Position numbers and translations under genes: made by a program. Source: Eledone cirrhosa (Eukaryota). From it: DNA of 64,000 nt. The stretch is taken from contig OZ024752.1 of the NCBI GenBank assembly GCA_964016885.1, positions 5,766,001-5,830,000 of the forward strand, given 5' to 3'. Positions 12,021 to 27,800 of the stretch are shown here, piece after piece. Position 1 is the stretch's first letter, and every line of letters starts with the position of its first letter. The notes under the pieces are model-generated. The model was given only the letters and a program-made list of their open reading frames with translations. It was not told the DNA's origin and made no database searches.

Positions 12021-12892
12021 CAAAAGTTTGATTTAATTTGAAATAATAGACATACCAGGAAAGACAAAATTGGAAATATTTATAATCAATGATATTGAGG
12101 AAATATAACTTCAATATAGACAACATCTTGAAACTTCAACAGTATGTCAACAGAGAAACAGCAATAGTGATTTGTTCCTCTTCAAAAACCTTCAGTGTGT
12201 TTAACAGAGAACATTTTCCCTTTTCTCCACTGATCAACTAAGTTATTTTAAAAAAACTGGTGAAATATTTCTTGAACCTAAAGGTTCATTAGGCTGGACC
12301 TTATTCTCGGTTCATCAGGCTGGACCTTATTCTAGGTTCATGTGGTGTTAAGTGATTGAGAATACAAGATTCTCTCCCCTAGCTGCTTTTGGTACTCATT
12401 TGGTCAGCTGAGTTGACTGGACAATATGAAATAAAGTGCTTTACTCAAGGACACCAATTTAGCACCAAACGTTTGTGAATCAAACTCACAATTGTATGAT
12501 TATGAACACAGTTTGAAAAACCCTATACTAGGACATCTACCCTCACATCCCTATACTAGGACATCTACCCTCACAACCCATATAAAAGATAAGAAATCAA
12601 TCAAAATAGGAAGAATCGAGGATGGAGTAGATGACTGTTGCAAAATTTAGTGAAATAAGACATAAAACATCTGCAGAACTCTGATGAATCCAAATAAGGA
12701 AACAATGTGAACACCATGCAGAAAAATGCAGAGTTTAGCTAGAGTTATGGTTCTTAGAAAAAAAGAGAGATGGAAGCAATAGAGTAGAAGTGGTAGTAGT
12801 AGTGGCAGCAGCAGCAATAGCAGTAGTAGTAGTGGAAATGATAATAATATTAATAATAAATGATGCTAATAATTGTAAGTTGTTGATGGAAC

Positions 12893-15800
12893 GAACATGG
12901 AGTCATTATGTCACAGTTGTGATGTATATAACAGACATGGAGTCACTGTCACAGTTGTGATGTATATAACAGATATGGAGTCACTGTCACAGTTGTGGTG
13001 TATATAACATGGTGTCACTGTCACAGTTGTGATGTATATAACAGACATGGAGTCACTGTCACAGTTGTGATGTATATAACAGACATGGAATCACTGTCAC
13101 AGTTGTGATGTATATAACAGATATGGAGTCACTGTCACAGTTGTGATGTATATAACATGGTGTCACTGTCACAGTTGTGATGTATATAACAGACATTGAG
13201 TCACTGTCACAGTTGTTGTGTATATAACAGACATGGAGTCACTGTCACAGTTGTGATGTATATAACAGACATGGAGTCACTGTCACAGTTGTGATGTATA
13301 TAACAGACATGGAGTCACTGTCACAGTTGTGATGTATATAACAGACATGGTGTCACTGTCACAGTTGTGGTGTATATAACAGACATGGTGTCACTGTCAC
13401 AGTTGTGGTGTATATAACAGACATGGAGTCACTGTCACAGTTGTGATGTATATAACTGACATGGTGTCACTGTCACAGTTGTGGTGTATATAACTGACAT
13501 GGAGTCACTGTCACAGTTGTGGTGTATATAACATGGTGTCACTGTCACAGTTGTAGTGTATATAACAGACATGGAGTCACTGTCACAGTTGTGATGTATA
13601 TAACAGACATGGAGTCACTGTCACAGTTGTGATGTATATAACAGACATGGTGTCACTGTCACAGTTGTGGTGTATATAACAGACATGGAGTCACTGTCAC
13701 AGTTGTGATGTATATAACAGACATGGAGTCACTGTCACAGTTGTGGTGTATATAACATGGTGTCACTGTCACAGTTGTGATGTATATAACAGACATGGAG
13801 TCACTGTCACAGTTGTGATGTATATAACATGGTGTCACTGTCACAGTTGTAGTGTATATAACAGACATGGAGTCACTGTCACAGTTGTGATGTATATAAC
13901 AGACATGGTGTCACTGTCACAGTTGTGGTGTATATAACAGACATGGAGTCACTGTCACAGTTGTGATGTATATAACATGGTGTCACTGTCACAGTTGTGG
14001 TGTATATAACATGGTGTCACTGTCACAGTTGTGATGTATATAACAGACATGGAGTCACTGTCACAGTTGTGATGTATATAACAGACATGGAGTCACTGTC
14101 ACAGTTGTGGTGTATATAACAGACATGGAGTCACTGTCACAGTTGTGGTGTATATAACAGACATGGAGTCACTGTCACAGTTGTGGTGTATATAACAGAC
14201 ATGGAGTCACTGTCACAGTTGTGGTGTATATAACAGACATGGTGTCACTGTCACAGTTGTGATGTATATAACAGACATGGTGTCACTGTCACAGTTGTGG
14301 TGTATATAACAGACATGGAGTCACTGTCACAGTTGTGGTGTATATAACAGACATGGAGTCACTGTCACAGTTGTGATGTATATAACAGACATGGAGTCAC
14401 TGTCACAGTTGTGATGTATATAACAGACATGGTGTCACTGTCACAGTTGTGGTGTATATAACAGACATGGAGTCACTGTCACAGTTGTGGTGTATATAAC
14501 AGACATGGTGTCACTGTCACAGTTGTGGTGTATATAACAGACATGGAGTCACTGTCACAGTTGTGGTGTATATAACAGACATGGTGTCACTGTCACAGTT
14601 GTGATGTATATAACAGACATGGAGTCACTGTCACAGTTGTGATGTATATAACAGACATGGTGTCACTGTCACAGTTGTGATGTATATAACAGACATGGTG
14701 TCACTGTCACAGTTGTGGTGTATATAACAGACATGGAGTCACTGTCACAGTTGTGGTGTATATAACAGACATGGAGTCACTGTCACAGTTGTGATGTATA
14801 TAACAGACATGGAGTCACTGTCACAGTTGTGATGTATATAACAGACATGGTGTCACTGTCACAGTTGTGGTGTATATAACAGACATGGAGTCACTGTCAC
14901 AGTTGTGGTGTATATAACAGACATGGTGTCACTGTCACAGTTGTGGTGTATATAACAGACATGGAGTCACTGTCACAGTTGTGGTGTATATAACAGACAT
15001 GGTGTCACTGTCACAGTTGTGATGTATATAACAGACATGGAGTCACTGTCACAGTTGTGATGTATATAACAGACATGGTGTCACTGTCACAGTTGTGATG
15101 TATATAACAGACATGGTGTCACTGTCACAGTTGTGATGTATATAACAGACATGGAGTCACTGTCACAGTTGTGATGTATATAACAGACATGGTGTCACTG
15201 TCACAGTTGTGGTGTATATAACAGACATGGAGTCACTGTCACAGTTGTGATGTATATAACATGGTGTCACTGTCACAGTTGTGGTGTATATAACAGACAT
15301 GGTGTCACTGTCACAGTTGTGGTGTATATAACAGACATGGTGTCACTGTCACAGTTGTGGTGTATATAACAGACATGGAGTCACTGTCACAGTTGTGATG
15401 TATATAACAGACATGGTGTCACTGTCACAGTTGTGGTGTATATAACAGACATGGAGTCACTGTCACAGTTGTGGTGTATATAACAGACATGGTGTCACTG
15501 TCACAGTTGTGATGTATATAACAGACATGGTGTCACTGTCACAGTTGTGGTGTATATAACTGACATGGAGTCACTGTCACAGTTGTGATGTATATAACTG
15601 ACATGGTGTCACTGTCACAGTTGTGGTGTATATAACAGACATGGAGTCACTGTCACAGTTGTGATGTATATAACTGACATGGTGTCACTGTCACAGTTGT
15701 GGTGTATATAACTGACATGGAGTCACTGTCACAGTTGTGGTGTATATAACTGACATGGTGTCACTGTCACAGTTGTGGTGTATATAACAGACATGGAGTC

Positions 15801-18800
15801 ACTGTCACAGTTGTGGTGTATATAACAGACATGGAGTCACTGTCACAGTTGTGGTGTATATAACAGACATGGTGTCACTGTCACAGTTGTGATGTATATA
15901 ACAGACATGGTGTCACTGTCACAGTTGTGGTGTATATAACTGACATGGAGTCACTGTCACAGTTGTGATGTATATAACAGACATGGAGTCACTGTCACAG
16001 TTGTGGTGTATATAACAGACATGGTGTCACTGTCACAGTTGTGATGTATATAACAGACATGGTGTCACTGTCACAGTTGTGGTGTATATAACAGACATGG
16101 AGTCACTGTCACAGTTGTGGTGTATATAACAGACATGGAGTCACTGTCACAGTTGTGGTGTATATAACAGACATGGAGTCACTGTCACAGTTGTGGTGTA
16201 TATAACAGACATGGAGTCACTGTCACAGTTGTGAAGTATATAACAGACATGGAGTCACTGTCACAGTTGTGATGTATATAACAGACATGGAGTCACTGTC
16301 ACAGTTGTGATGTATATAACAGACATGGAGTCACTGTCACAGTTGTGGTGTATATAACAGACATGGAGTCACTGTCACAGTTGTGAAGTATATAACAGAC
16401 ATGGAGTCACTGTCACAGTTGTGATGTATATAACAGACATGGAGTCACTGTCACAGTTGTGAAGTATATAACAGACATGGAGTCACTGTCACAGTTGTGA
16501 TGTATATAACAGACATGGAGTCACTGTCACAGTTGTGATGTATATAACAGACATGGTGTCACTGTCACAGTTGTGGTGTATATAACAGACATGGTGTCAC
16601 TGTCACAGTTGTGATGTATATAACATGGTGTCACTGTCACAGTTGTGGTGTATATAACAGACATGGTGTCACTGTCACAGTTGTGATGTATATAACAGAC
16701 ATGGAGTCACTGTCACAGTTGTTGTGTATATAACAGACATGGAGTCACTGTCACAGTTGTGATGTATATAACAGACATGGAGTCACTGTCACAGTTGTGA
16801 TGTATATAACAGACATGGAGTCACTGTCACAGTTGTGATGTATATAACATGGAGTCACTGTCACAGTTGTGGTGTATATAACAGACATGGAGTCACTGTC
16901 ACAGTTGTGATGTATATAACAGACATGGAGTCACTGTCACAGTTGTTGTGTATATAACAGACATGGAGTCACTGTCACAGTTGTGATGTATATAACAGAC
17001 ATGGAGTCACTGTCACAGTTGTGATGTATATAACAGACATGGAGTCACTGTCACAGTTGTGATGTATATAACAGACATGGAGTCACTGTCACAGTTGTGA
17101 TGTATATAACAGACATGGTGTCACTGTCACAGTTGTGATGTATATAACAGACATGGAGTCACTGTCACAGTTGTGATGTATATAACAGACATGGAGTCAC
17201 TGTCACAGTTGTGATGTATATAACAGACATGGTGTCACTGTCACAGTTGTGATGTATATAACAGACATGGAATCACTGTCACAGTTGTGATGTATATAAC
17301 AGATATGGAGTCACTGTCACAGTTGTGATGTATATAACATGGTGTCACTGTCACAGTTGTGATGTATATAACAGACATTGAGTCACTGTCACAGTTGTTG
17401 TGTATATAACAGACATGGAGTCACTGTCACAGTTGTGATGTATATAACAGACATGGAGTCACTGTCACAGTTGTGATGTATATAACAGACATGGAGTCAC
17501 TGTCACAGTTGTGATGTATATAACAGACATGGTGTCACTGTCACAGTTGTGGTGTATATAACAGACATGGTGTCACTGTCACAGTTGTGGTGTATATAAC
17601 AGACATGGAGTCACTGTCACAGTTGTGATGTATATAACTGACATGGTGTCACTGTCACAGTTGTGGTGTATATAACTGACATGGAGTCACTGTCACAGTT
17701 GTGGTGTATATAACATGGTGTCACTGTCACAGTTGTAGTGTATATAACAGACATGGAGTCACTGTCACAGTTGTGATGTATATAACAGACATGGAGTCAC
17801 TGTCACAGTTGTGATGTATATAACAGACATGGTGTCACTGTCACAGTTGTGGTGTATATAACAGACATGGAGTCACTGTCACAGTTGTGATGTATATAAC
17901 AGACATGGAGTCACTGTCACAGTTGTGGTGTATATAACATGGTGTCACTGTCACAGTTGTGATGTATATAACAGACATGGAGTCACTGTCACAGTTGTGA
18001 TGTATATAACATGGTGTCACTGTCACAGTTGTAGTGTATATAACAGACATGGAGTCACTGTCACAGTTGTGATGTATATAACAGACATGGTGTCACTGTC
18101 ACAGTTGTGGTGTATATAACAGACATGGAGTCACTGTCACAGTTGTGATGTATATAACATGGTGTCACTGTCACAGTTGTGGTGTATATAACATGGTGTC
18201 ACTGTCACAGTTGTGATGTATATAACAGACATGGAGTCACTGTCACAGTTGTGATGTATATAACAGACATGGAGTCACTGTCACAGTTGTGGTGTATATA
18301 ACAGACATGGAGTCACTGTCACAGTTGTGGTGTATATAACAGACATGGAGTCACTGTCACAGTTGTGGTGTATATAACAGACATGGAGTCACTGTCACAG
18401 TTGTGGTGTATATAACAGACATGGTGTCACTGTCACAGTTGTGATGTATATAACAGACATGGTGTCACTGTCACAGTTGTGGTGTATATAACAGACATGG
18501 AGTCACTGTCACAGTTGTGGTGTATATAACAGACATGGAGTCACTGTCACAGTTGTGATGTATATAACAGACATGGAGTCACTGTCACAGTTGTGATGTA
18601 TATAACAGACATGGTGTCACTGTCACAGTTGTGGTGTATATAACAGACATGGAGTCACTGTCACAGTTGTGGTGTATATAACAGACATGGTGTCACTGTC
18701 ACAGTTGTGGTGTATATAACAGACATGGAGTCACTGTCACAGTTGTGGTGTATATAACAGACATGGTGTCACTGTCACAGTTGTGATGTATATAACAGAC

Positions 18801-21800
18801 ATGGAGTCACTGTCACAGTTGTGATGTATATAACAGACATGGTGTCACTGTCACAGTTGTGATGTATATAACAGACATGGTGTCACTGTCACAGTTGTGG
18901 TGTATATAACAGACATGGAGTCACTGTCACAGTTGTGGTGTATATAACAGACATGGAGTCACTGTCACAGTTGTGATGTATATAACAGACATGGAGTCAC
19001 TGTCACAGTTGTGATGTATATAACAGACATGGTGTCACTGTCACAGTTGTGGTGTATATAACAGACATGGAGTCACTGTCACAGTTGTGGTGTATATAAC
19101 AGACATGGTGTCACTGTCACAGTTGTGGTGTATATAACAGACATGGAGTCACTGTCACAGTTGTGGTGTATATAACAGACATGGTGTCACTGTCACAGTT
19201 GTGATGTATATAACAGACATGGAGTCACTGTCACAGTTGTGATGTATATAACAGACATGGTGTCACTGTCACAGTTGTGATGTATATAACAGACATGGTG
19301 TCACTGTCACAGTTGTGATGTATATAACAGACATGGAGTCACTGTCACAGTTGTGATGTATATAACAGACATGGTGTCACTGTCACAGTTGTGGTGTATA
19401 TAACAGACATGGAGTCACTGTCACAGTTGTGATGTATATAACATGGTGTCACTGTCACAGTTGTGGTGTATATAACAGACATGGTGTCACTGTCACAGTT
19501 GTGGTGTATATAACAGACATGGTGTCACTGTCACAGTTGTGGTGTATATAACAGACATGGAGTCACTGTCACAGTTGTGATGTATATAACAGACATGGTG
19601 TCACTGTCACAGTTGTGGTGTATATAACAGACATGGAGTCACTGTCACAGTTGTGGTGTATATAACAGACATGGTGTCACTGTCACAGTTGTGATGTATA
19701 TAACAGACATGGTGTCACTGTCACAGTTGTGGTGTATATAACTGACATGGAGTCACTGTCACAGTTGTGATGTATATAACTGACATGGTGTCACTGTCAC
19801 AGTTGTGGTGTATATAACAGACATGGAGTCACTGTCACAGTTGTGATGTATATAACTGACATGGTGTCACTGTCACAGTTGTGGTGTATATAACTGACAT
19901 GGAGTCACTGTCACAGTTGTGGTGTATATAACTGACATGGTGTCACTGTCACAGTTGTGGTGTATATAACAGACATGGAGTCACTGTCACAGTTGTGGTG
20001 TATATAACAGACATGGAGTCACTGTCACAGTTGTGGTGTATATAACAGACATGGTGTCACTGTCACAGTTGTGATGTATATAACAGACATGGTGTCACTG
20101 TCACAGTTGTGGTGTATATAACTGACATGGAGTCACTGTCACAGTTGTGATGTATATAACAGACATGGAGTCACTGTCACAGTTGTGGTGTATATAACAG
20201 ACATGGTGTCACTGTCACAGTTGTGATGTATATAACAGACATGGTGTCACTGTCACAGTTGTGGTGTATATAACAGACATGGAGTCACTGTCACAGTTGT
20301 GGTGTATATAACAGACATGGAGTCACTGTCACAGTTGTGGTGTATATAACAGACATGGAGTCACTGTCACAGTTGTGGTGTATATAACAGACATGGAGTC
20401 ACTGTCACAGTTGTGAAGTATATAACAGACATGGAGTCACTGTCACAGTTGTGATGTATATAACAGACATGGAGTCACTGTCACAGTTGTGATGTATATA
20501 ACAGACATGGAGTCACTGTCACAGTTGTGGTGTATATAACAGACATGGAGTCACTGTCACAGTTGTGAAGTATATAACAGACATGGAGTCACTGTCACAG
20601 TTGTGATGTATATAACAGACATGGAGTCACTGTCACAGTTGTGAAGTATATAACAGACATGGAGTCACTGTCACAGTTGTGATGTATATAACAGACATGG
20701 AGTCACTGTCACAGTTGTGATGTATATAACAGACATGGTGTCACTGTCACAGTTGTGGTGTATATAACAGACATGGTGTCACTGTCACAGTTGTGATGTA
20801 TATAACATGGTGTCACTGTCACAGTTGTGGTGTATATAACAGACATGGTGTCACTGTCACAGTTGTGATGTATATAACAGACATGGAGTCACTGTCACAG
20901 TTGTTGTGTATATAACAGACATGGAGTCACTGTCACAGTTGTGATGTATATAACAGACATGGAGTCACTGTCACAGTTGTGATGTATATAACAGACATGG
21001 AGTCACTGTCACAGTTGTGATGTATATAACATGGAGTCACTGTCACAGTTGTGGTGTATATAACAGACATGGAGTCACTGTCACAGTTGTGATGTATATA
21101 ACAGACATGGAGTCACTGTCACAGTTGTTGTGTATATAACAGACATGGAGTCACTGTCACAGTTGTGATGTATATAACAGACATGGAGTCACTGTCACAG
21201 TTGTGATGTATATAACAGACATGGAGTCACTGTCACAGTTGTGATGTATATAACAGACATGGAGTCACTGTCACAGTTGTGATGTATATAACAGACATGG
21301 TGTCACTGTCACAGTTGTGATGTATATAACAGACATGGAGTCACTGTCACAGTTGTTGTGTATATAACAGACATGGAGTCACTGTCACAGTTGTGATGTA
21401 TATAACAGACATGGAGTCACTGTCACAGTTGTGATGTATATAACAGACATGGAGTCACTGTCACAGTTGTGATGTATATAACAGACATGGAGTCACTGTC
21501 ACAGTTGTGATGTATATAACAGACATGGTGTCACTGTCACAGTTGTGATGTATATAACAGACATGGAGTCACTGTCACAGTTGTGGTGTATATAACAGAC
21601 ATGGAGTCACTGTCACAGTTGTGATGTATATAACAGACATGGAGTCACTGTCACAGTTGTGGTGTATATAACAGACATGGAGTCACTGTCACAGTTGTGG
21701 TGTATATAACAGACATGGTGTCACTGTCACAGTTGTGATGTATATAACAGACATGGTGTCACTGTCACAGTTGTGATGTATATAACAGACATGGAGTCAC

Positions 21801-24800
21801 TGTCACAGTTGTGGTGTATATAACAGACATGGTGTCACTGTCACAGTTGTGATGTATATAACAGACATGGAGTCACTGTCACAGTTGTGATGTATATAAC
21901 AGACATGGTGTCACTGTCACAGTTGTGATGTATATAACAGACATGGAGTCACTGTCACAGTTGTAGTGTATATAACATGGAGTCACTGTCACAGTTGTGT
22001 ATATAACAGACATGGAGGCACTGTCACAGTTGTGATGTATATAACAGACATGGAGTCCCTGTCACAGTTGTGGTGTATATAACTGACATGGTGTCACTGT
22101 CACAGTTGTGGTGTATATAACATGGTGTCACTGTCACAGTTGTGATGTATATAACAGACATGGAGTCACTGTCACAGTTGTGATGTATATAACAGACATG
22201 GAGTCACTGTCACAGTTGTGAAGTATATAACAGACATGGAGTCACTGTCACAGTTGTGGTGTATATAACATGGTGTCACTGTCACAGTTGTGAAGTATAT
22301 AACAGACATGGAGTCACTGTCACAGTTGTGAAGTATATAACAGACATGGAGTCACTGTCACAGTTGTGAAGTATATAACAGACATGGAGTCACTGTCACA
22401 GTTGTGGTGTATATAACATGGTGTCACTGTCACAGTTGTGAAGTATATAACAGACATGGAGTCACTGTCACAGTTGTGGTGTATATAACAGACATGGTGT
22501 CACTGTCACAGTTGTGGTGTATATAACAGACATGGTGTCACTGTCACAGTTGTGATGTTTATAACAGACATGGATTCACTGTCACAGTTGTGATGTATAT
22601 AACAGACATGGTGTCACTGTCACAGTTGTGATGTATATAACAGACATTGTGTCACTGTCACAGTTGTGATGTATATAACAGACATGGAGTCACTGTCACA
22701 GTTGTGATGTATATAACAGACATGGAGTCACTGTCACAGTTGTGATGTATATAACAGACATGGAGTCACTGTCACATTTGTGGTGTATATAACAGACATG
22801 GAGTCACTGTCACAGTTGTGATGTATATAACATGGAATCACTGTCACAGTTGTGATGTATATAACAGACATGGTGTCACTGTCACAGTTGTGATGTATAT
22901 AACAGACATGGAGTCACTGTCACAGTTGTGATGTATATAACATGGAATCACTGTCACAGTTGTGATGTATATAACAGACATGGAGTCACTGTCACAGTTG
23001 TGATGTATATAACAGACATGGAGTCACTGTCACAGTTGTGATGTATATAACAGAGATGGAGTCACTGTCACAGTTGTGGTGTATATAACAGACATGGAGT
23101 CACTGTCACAGTTGTGATGTATATAACAGACATGGAGTCACTGTCACAGTTGTGGTGTATATAACAGAGATGGAGTCACTGTCACAGTTGTGGTGTATAT
23201 AACATGGAGTCACTGTCACAGTTGTGATGTATATAACAGACATGGAGTCACTGTCACAGTTGTGAAGTATATAACAGACATGGAGTCACTGTCACAGTTG
23301 TGATGCATATAACAGACATGGAGTCACTGTCACAGTTGTGATGTATATAACAGAGATGGAGTCACTGTCACAGTTGTGGTGTATATAACATGGAGTCACT
23401 GTCACAGTTGTGATGTATATAACAGACATGGAGTCACTGTCACAGTTGTGAAGTATATAACAGACATGGAGTCACTGTCACAGTTGTGGTGTATATAACA
23501 GACATGGAGTCACTGTCACAGTTGTGGTGTATATAACATGGTGTCACTGTCACAGTTGTGATGTATATAACAGACATGGAGTCACTGTCACAGTTGTGGT
23601 GTATATAACAGACATGGTGTCACTGTCACAGTTGTGGTGTATATAACAGACATGGAGTCACTGTCACAGTTGTGGTGAATATAACAGACATGGAGTCACT
23701 GTCACAGTTGTGGTGTATATAACAGACATGGTGTCACTGTCACAGTTGTGGTGTATATAACAGACATGGTGTCACTGTCACAGTTGTGGTGTATATAACA
23801 GACATGGAGTCACTGTCACAGTTGTGGTGAATATAACAGACATGGAGTCACTGTCACAGTTGTGGTGTATATAACAGACATGGAGTCACTGTCACAGTTG
23901 TGGTGTATATAACAGACATGGTGTCACTGTCACAGTTGTGGTGTATATAACAGACATGGAGTCACTGTCACAGTTGTGGTGAATATAACAGACATGGAGT
24001 CACTGTCACAGTTGTGGTGTATATAACAGACATGGAGTCACTGTCACAGTTGTGATGTATATAACTGACATGGAGTCACTGTCACAGTTGTGATGTATAT
24101 AACTGACATGGAGTCACTGTCACAGTTGTGGTGTATATAACAGACATGGTGTCACTGTCACAGTTGTGGTGAATATAACAGACATGGAGTCACTGTCACA
24201 GTTGTGGTGTATATAACAGACATGGAGTCACTGTCACAGTTGTGATGTATATAACAGACATGGAGTCACTGTCACAGTTGTGGTGTATATAACAGACATG
24301 GTGTCACTGTCACAGTTCTGGTGTATATAACATGGTGTCACTGTCACAGTTGTGGTGTATATAACAGACATGGAGTCACTGTCACAGTTGTGGTGTATAT
24401 AACAGACATGGTGTCACTGTCACAGTTGTGATGTATATAACAGACATGGAGTCACTGTCACAGTTGTGAAGTATATAACAGACATGGAGTCACTGTCACA
24501 GTTGTGAAGTATATAACAGACATGGAGTCACTGTCACAGTTGTAGTGTATATAACAGACATGGTGTCACTGTCACAGTTGTGGTGTATATAACATGGTGT
24601 CACTGTCACAGTTGTGTATATAACAGACATGGAGTCACTGTCACAGTTGTGATGTATATAACAGACATGGAGTCCCTGTCACAGTTGTGGTGTATATAAC
24701 TGACATGGTGTCACTGTCACAGTTGTGGTGTATATAACATGGTGTCACTGTCACAGTTGTGATGTATATAACAGACATGGAGTCACTGTCACAGTTGTGA

Positions 24801-27800
24801 TGTATATAACAGACATGGAGTCACTGTCACAGTTGTGAAGTATATAACAGACATGGAGTCACTGTCACAGTTGTGGTGTATATAACAGACATGGAGTCAC
24901 TGTCACAGTTGTGGTGTATATAACATGGTGTCACTGTCACAGTTGTGAAGTATATAACAGACATGGAGTCACTGTCACAGTTGTGATGTATATAACAGAC
25001 ATGGAGTCACTGTCACAGTTGTGAAGTATATAACAGACATGGAGTCACTGTCACAGTTGTGATGTATATAACAGACATGGAGTCACTGTCACAGTTGTGG
25101 TGTATATAACATGGTGTCACTGTCACAGTTGTGGTGTATATAACAGACATGGTGTCACTGTCACAGTTGTGATGTATATAACAGACATTGTGTCACTGTC
25201 ACAGTTGTGATGTATATAACAGACATGGAGTCACTGTCACAGTTGTGATGTATATAACAGACATGGTGTCACTGTCACAGTTGTGGTGTATATAACAGAC
25301 ATGGAGTCACTGTCACAGTTGTGATGTATATAACAGACATGGAGTCACTGTCACAGTTGTTGTGTATATAACAGACATGGAGTCACTGTCACAGTTGTGA
25401 TGTATATAACAGACATGGAGTCACTGTCACAGTTGTGAAGTATATAACAGACATGGAGTCACTGTCACAGTTGTGGTGTATATAACAGACATGGAGTCAC
25501 TGTCACAGTTGTGATGTATATAACAGACATGGAGTCACTGTCACAGTTGTGATGTATATAACAGACATGGAGTCACTGTCACAGTTGTGATGTATATAAC
25601 AGACATGGAGTCACTGTCACAGTTGTGATGTATATAACAGACATGGTGTCACTGTCACAGTTGTGGTGTATATAACAGACATGGAGTCACTGTCACAGTT
25701 GTGATGTATATAACAGACATGGAGTCACTGTCACAGTTGTGATGTATATAACAGACATGGAGTCACTGTCACAGTTGTGATGTATATAACAGACATGGAG
25801 TCACTGTCACAGTTGTGAAGTATATAACAGACATGGAGTCACTGTCACAGTTGTGATGTATATAACAGACATGGTGTCACTGTCACAGTTGTGATGTATA
25901 TAACAGACATAGTGTCACTGTCACAGTTGTGGTGTATATAACAGACATGGAGTCACTGTCACAGTTGTGGTGTATATAACAGACATGGTGTCACTGTCAC
26001 AGTTGTGGTGTATATAACATGGTGTCACTGTCACAGTTGTGATGTATATAACAGACATGGAGTCACTGTCACAGTTGTGATGTATATAACAGACATGGAG
26101 TCACTGTCACAGTTGTGATGTATATAACAGACATAGTGTCACTGTCACAGTTGTGGTGTATATAACAGACATGGAGTCACTGTCACAGTTGTGGTGTATA
26201 TAACAGACATGGTGTCACTGTCACAGTTGTGGTGTATATAACATGGTGTCACTGTCACAGTTGTGATGTATATAACAGACATGGAGTCACTGTCACAGTT
26301 GTTGTGTATATAACAGACATGGAGTCACTGTCACAGTTGTGGTGTATATAACAGACATGGAGTCACTGTCACAGTTGTGGTGTATATAACATGGTGTCAC
26401 TGTCACAGTTGTGGTGTATATAACAGACATGGAGTCACTGTCACAGTTGTGGTGTATATAACAGACATGGTGTCACTGTCACAGTTGTGGTGTATATAAC
26501 ATGGTGTCACTGTCACAGTTGTGGTGTATATAACAGACATGGAGTCACTGTCACAGTTGTGGTGTATATAACAGACATGGAGTCACTGTCACAGTTGTAG
26601 TGTATATAACAGACATGGAGTCACTGTCACAGTTGTGGTGTATATAACAGACATGGTGTCACTGTCACAGTTGTAGTGTATATAACAGACATGGAGTCAC
26701 TGTCACAGTTGTGGTGTATATAACATGGTGTCACTGTCACAGTTGTGGTGTATATAACAGACATGGTGTCACTGTCACAGTTGCAGTGTATATAACAGAC
26801 ATGGAGTCACTGTCACAGTTGTGGTGTATATAACATGGTGTCACTGTCACAGTTGTGGTGTATATAACAGACATGGTGTCACTGTCACAGTTGTGGTGTA
26901 TATAACAGACATGGAGTCACTGTCACGGTTGTGGTGTATATAACAGACATGGAGTCACTGTCACAGTTGTGATGTATATAACATGGTGTCACTGTCACAG
27001 TTGTGGTGTATATAACAGACATGGTGTCACTGTCACAGTTGTGGTGTATATAACAGACATGGAGTCACTGTCACAGTTGTGATGTATATAACAGACATGG
27101 AGTCACTGTCACAGTTGTGGTGTATATAACAGACATGGAGTCACTGTCACAGTTGTAGTGTATATAACAGACATGGTGTCACTGTCACAGTTGTAGTGTA
27201 TATAACAGACATGGTGTCACTGTCACAGTTGTGATGTATATAACAGACATGGTGTCACTGTCACAGTTGTGGTGTATATAACAGACATGGTGTCACTGTC
27301 ACAGTTGTGGTGTATATAACAGACATGGAGTCACTGTCACAGTTGTGGTGTATACAACATGGTGTCACTGTCACAGTTGTGATGTATATAACAGACATGG
27401 TGTCACTGTCACAGTTGTGGTGTATATAACATGGTGTCACTGTCACAGTTGTGGTGTATATAACAGACATGGAGTCACTGTCACAGTTGTGGTGTATATA
27501 ACAGACATGGAGTCACTGTCACAGTTGTGGTGTATATAACAGACATGGAGTCACTGTCACAGTTGTGATGTATATAACAGACATGGAGTCACTGTCACAG
27601 TTGTGATGTATATAACAGACATGGAGTCACTGTCACAGTTGTGATGTATATAACAGACATGGAATCACTGTCACAGTTGTGAAGTATATAACAGACATGG
27701 AGTCACTGTCACAGTTGTTGTGTATATAACAGACATGGTGTCACTGTCACAGTTGTGGTGTATATAACAGACATGGAGTCACTGTCACAGTTGTGGTGTA

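Noticed and set aside
12678-12740. CTGATGA...GAAA hammerhead-like text
   Set aside because: Stems II and III cannot be formed convincingly.
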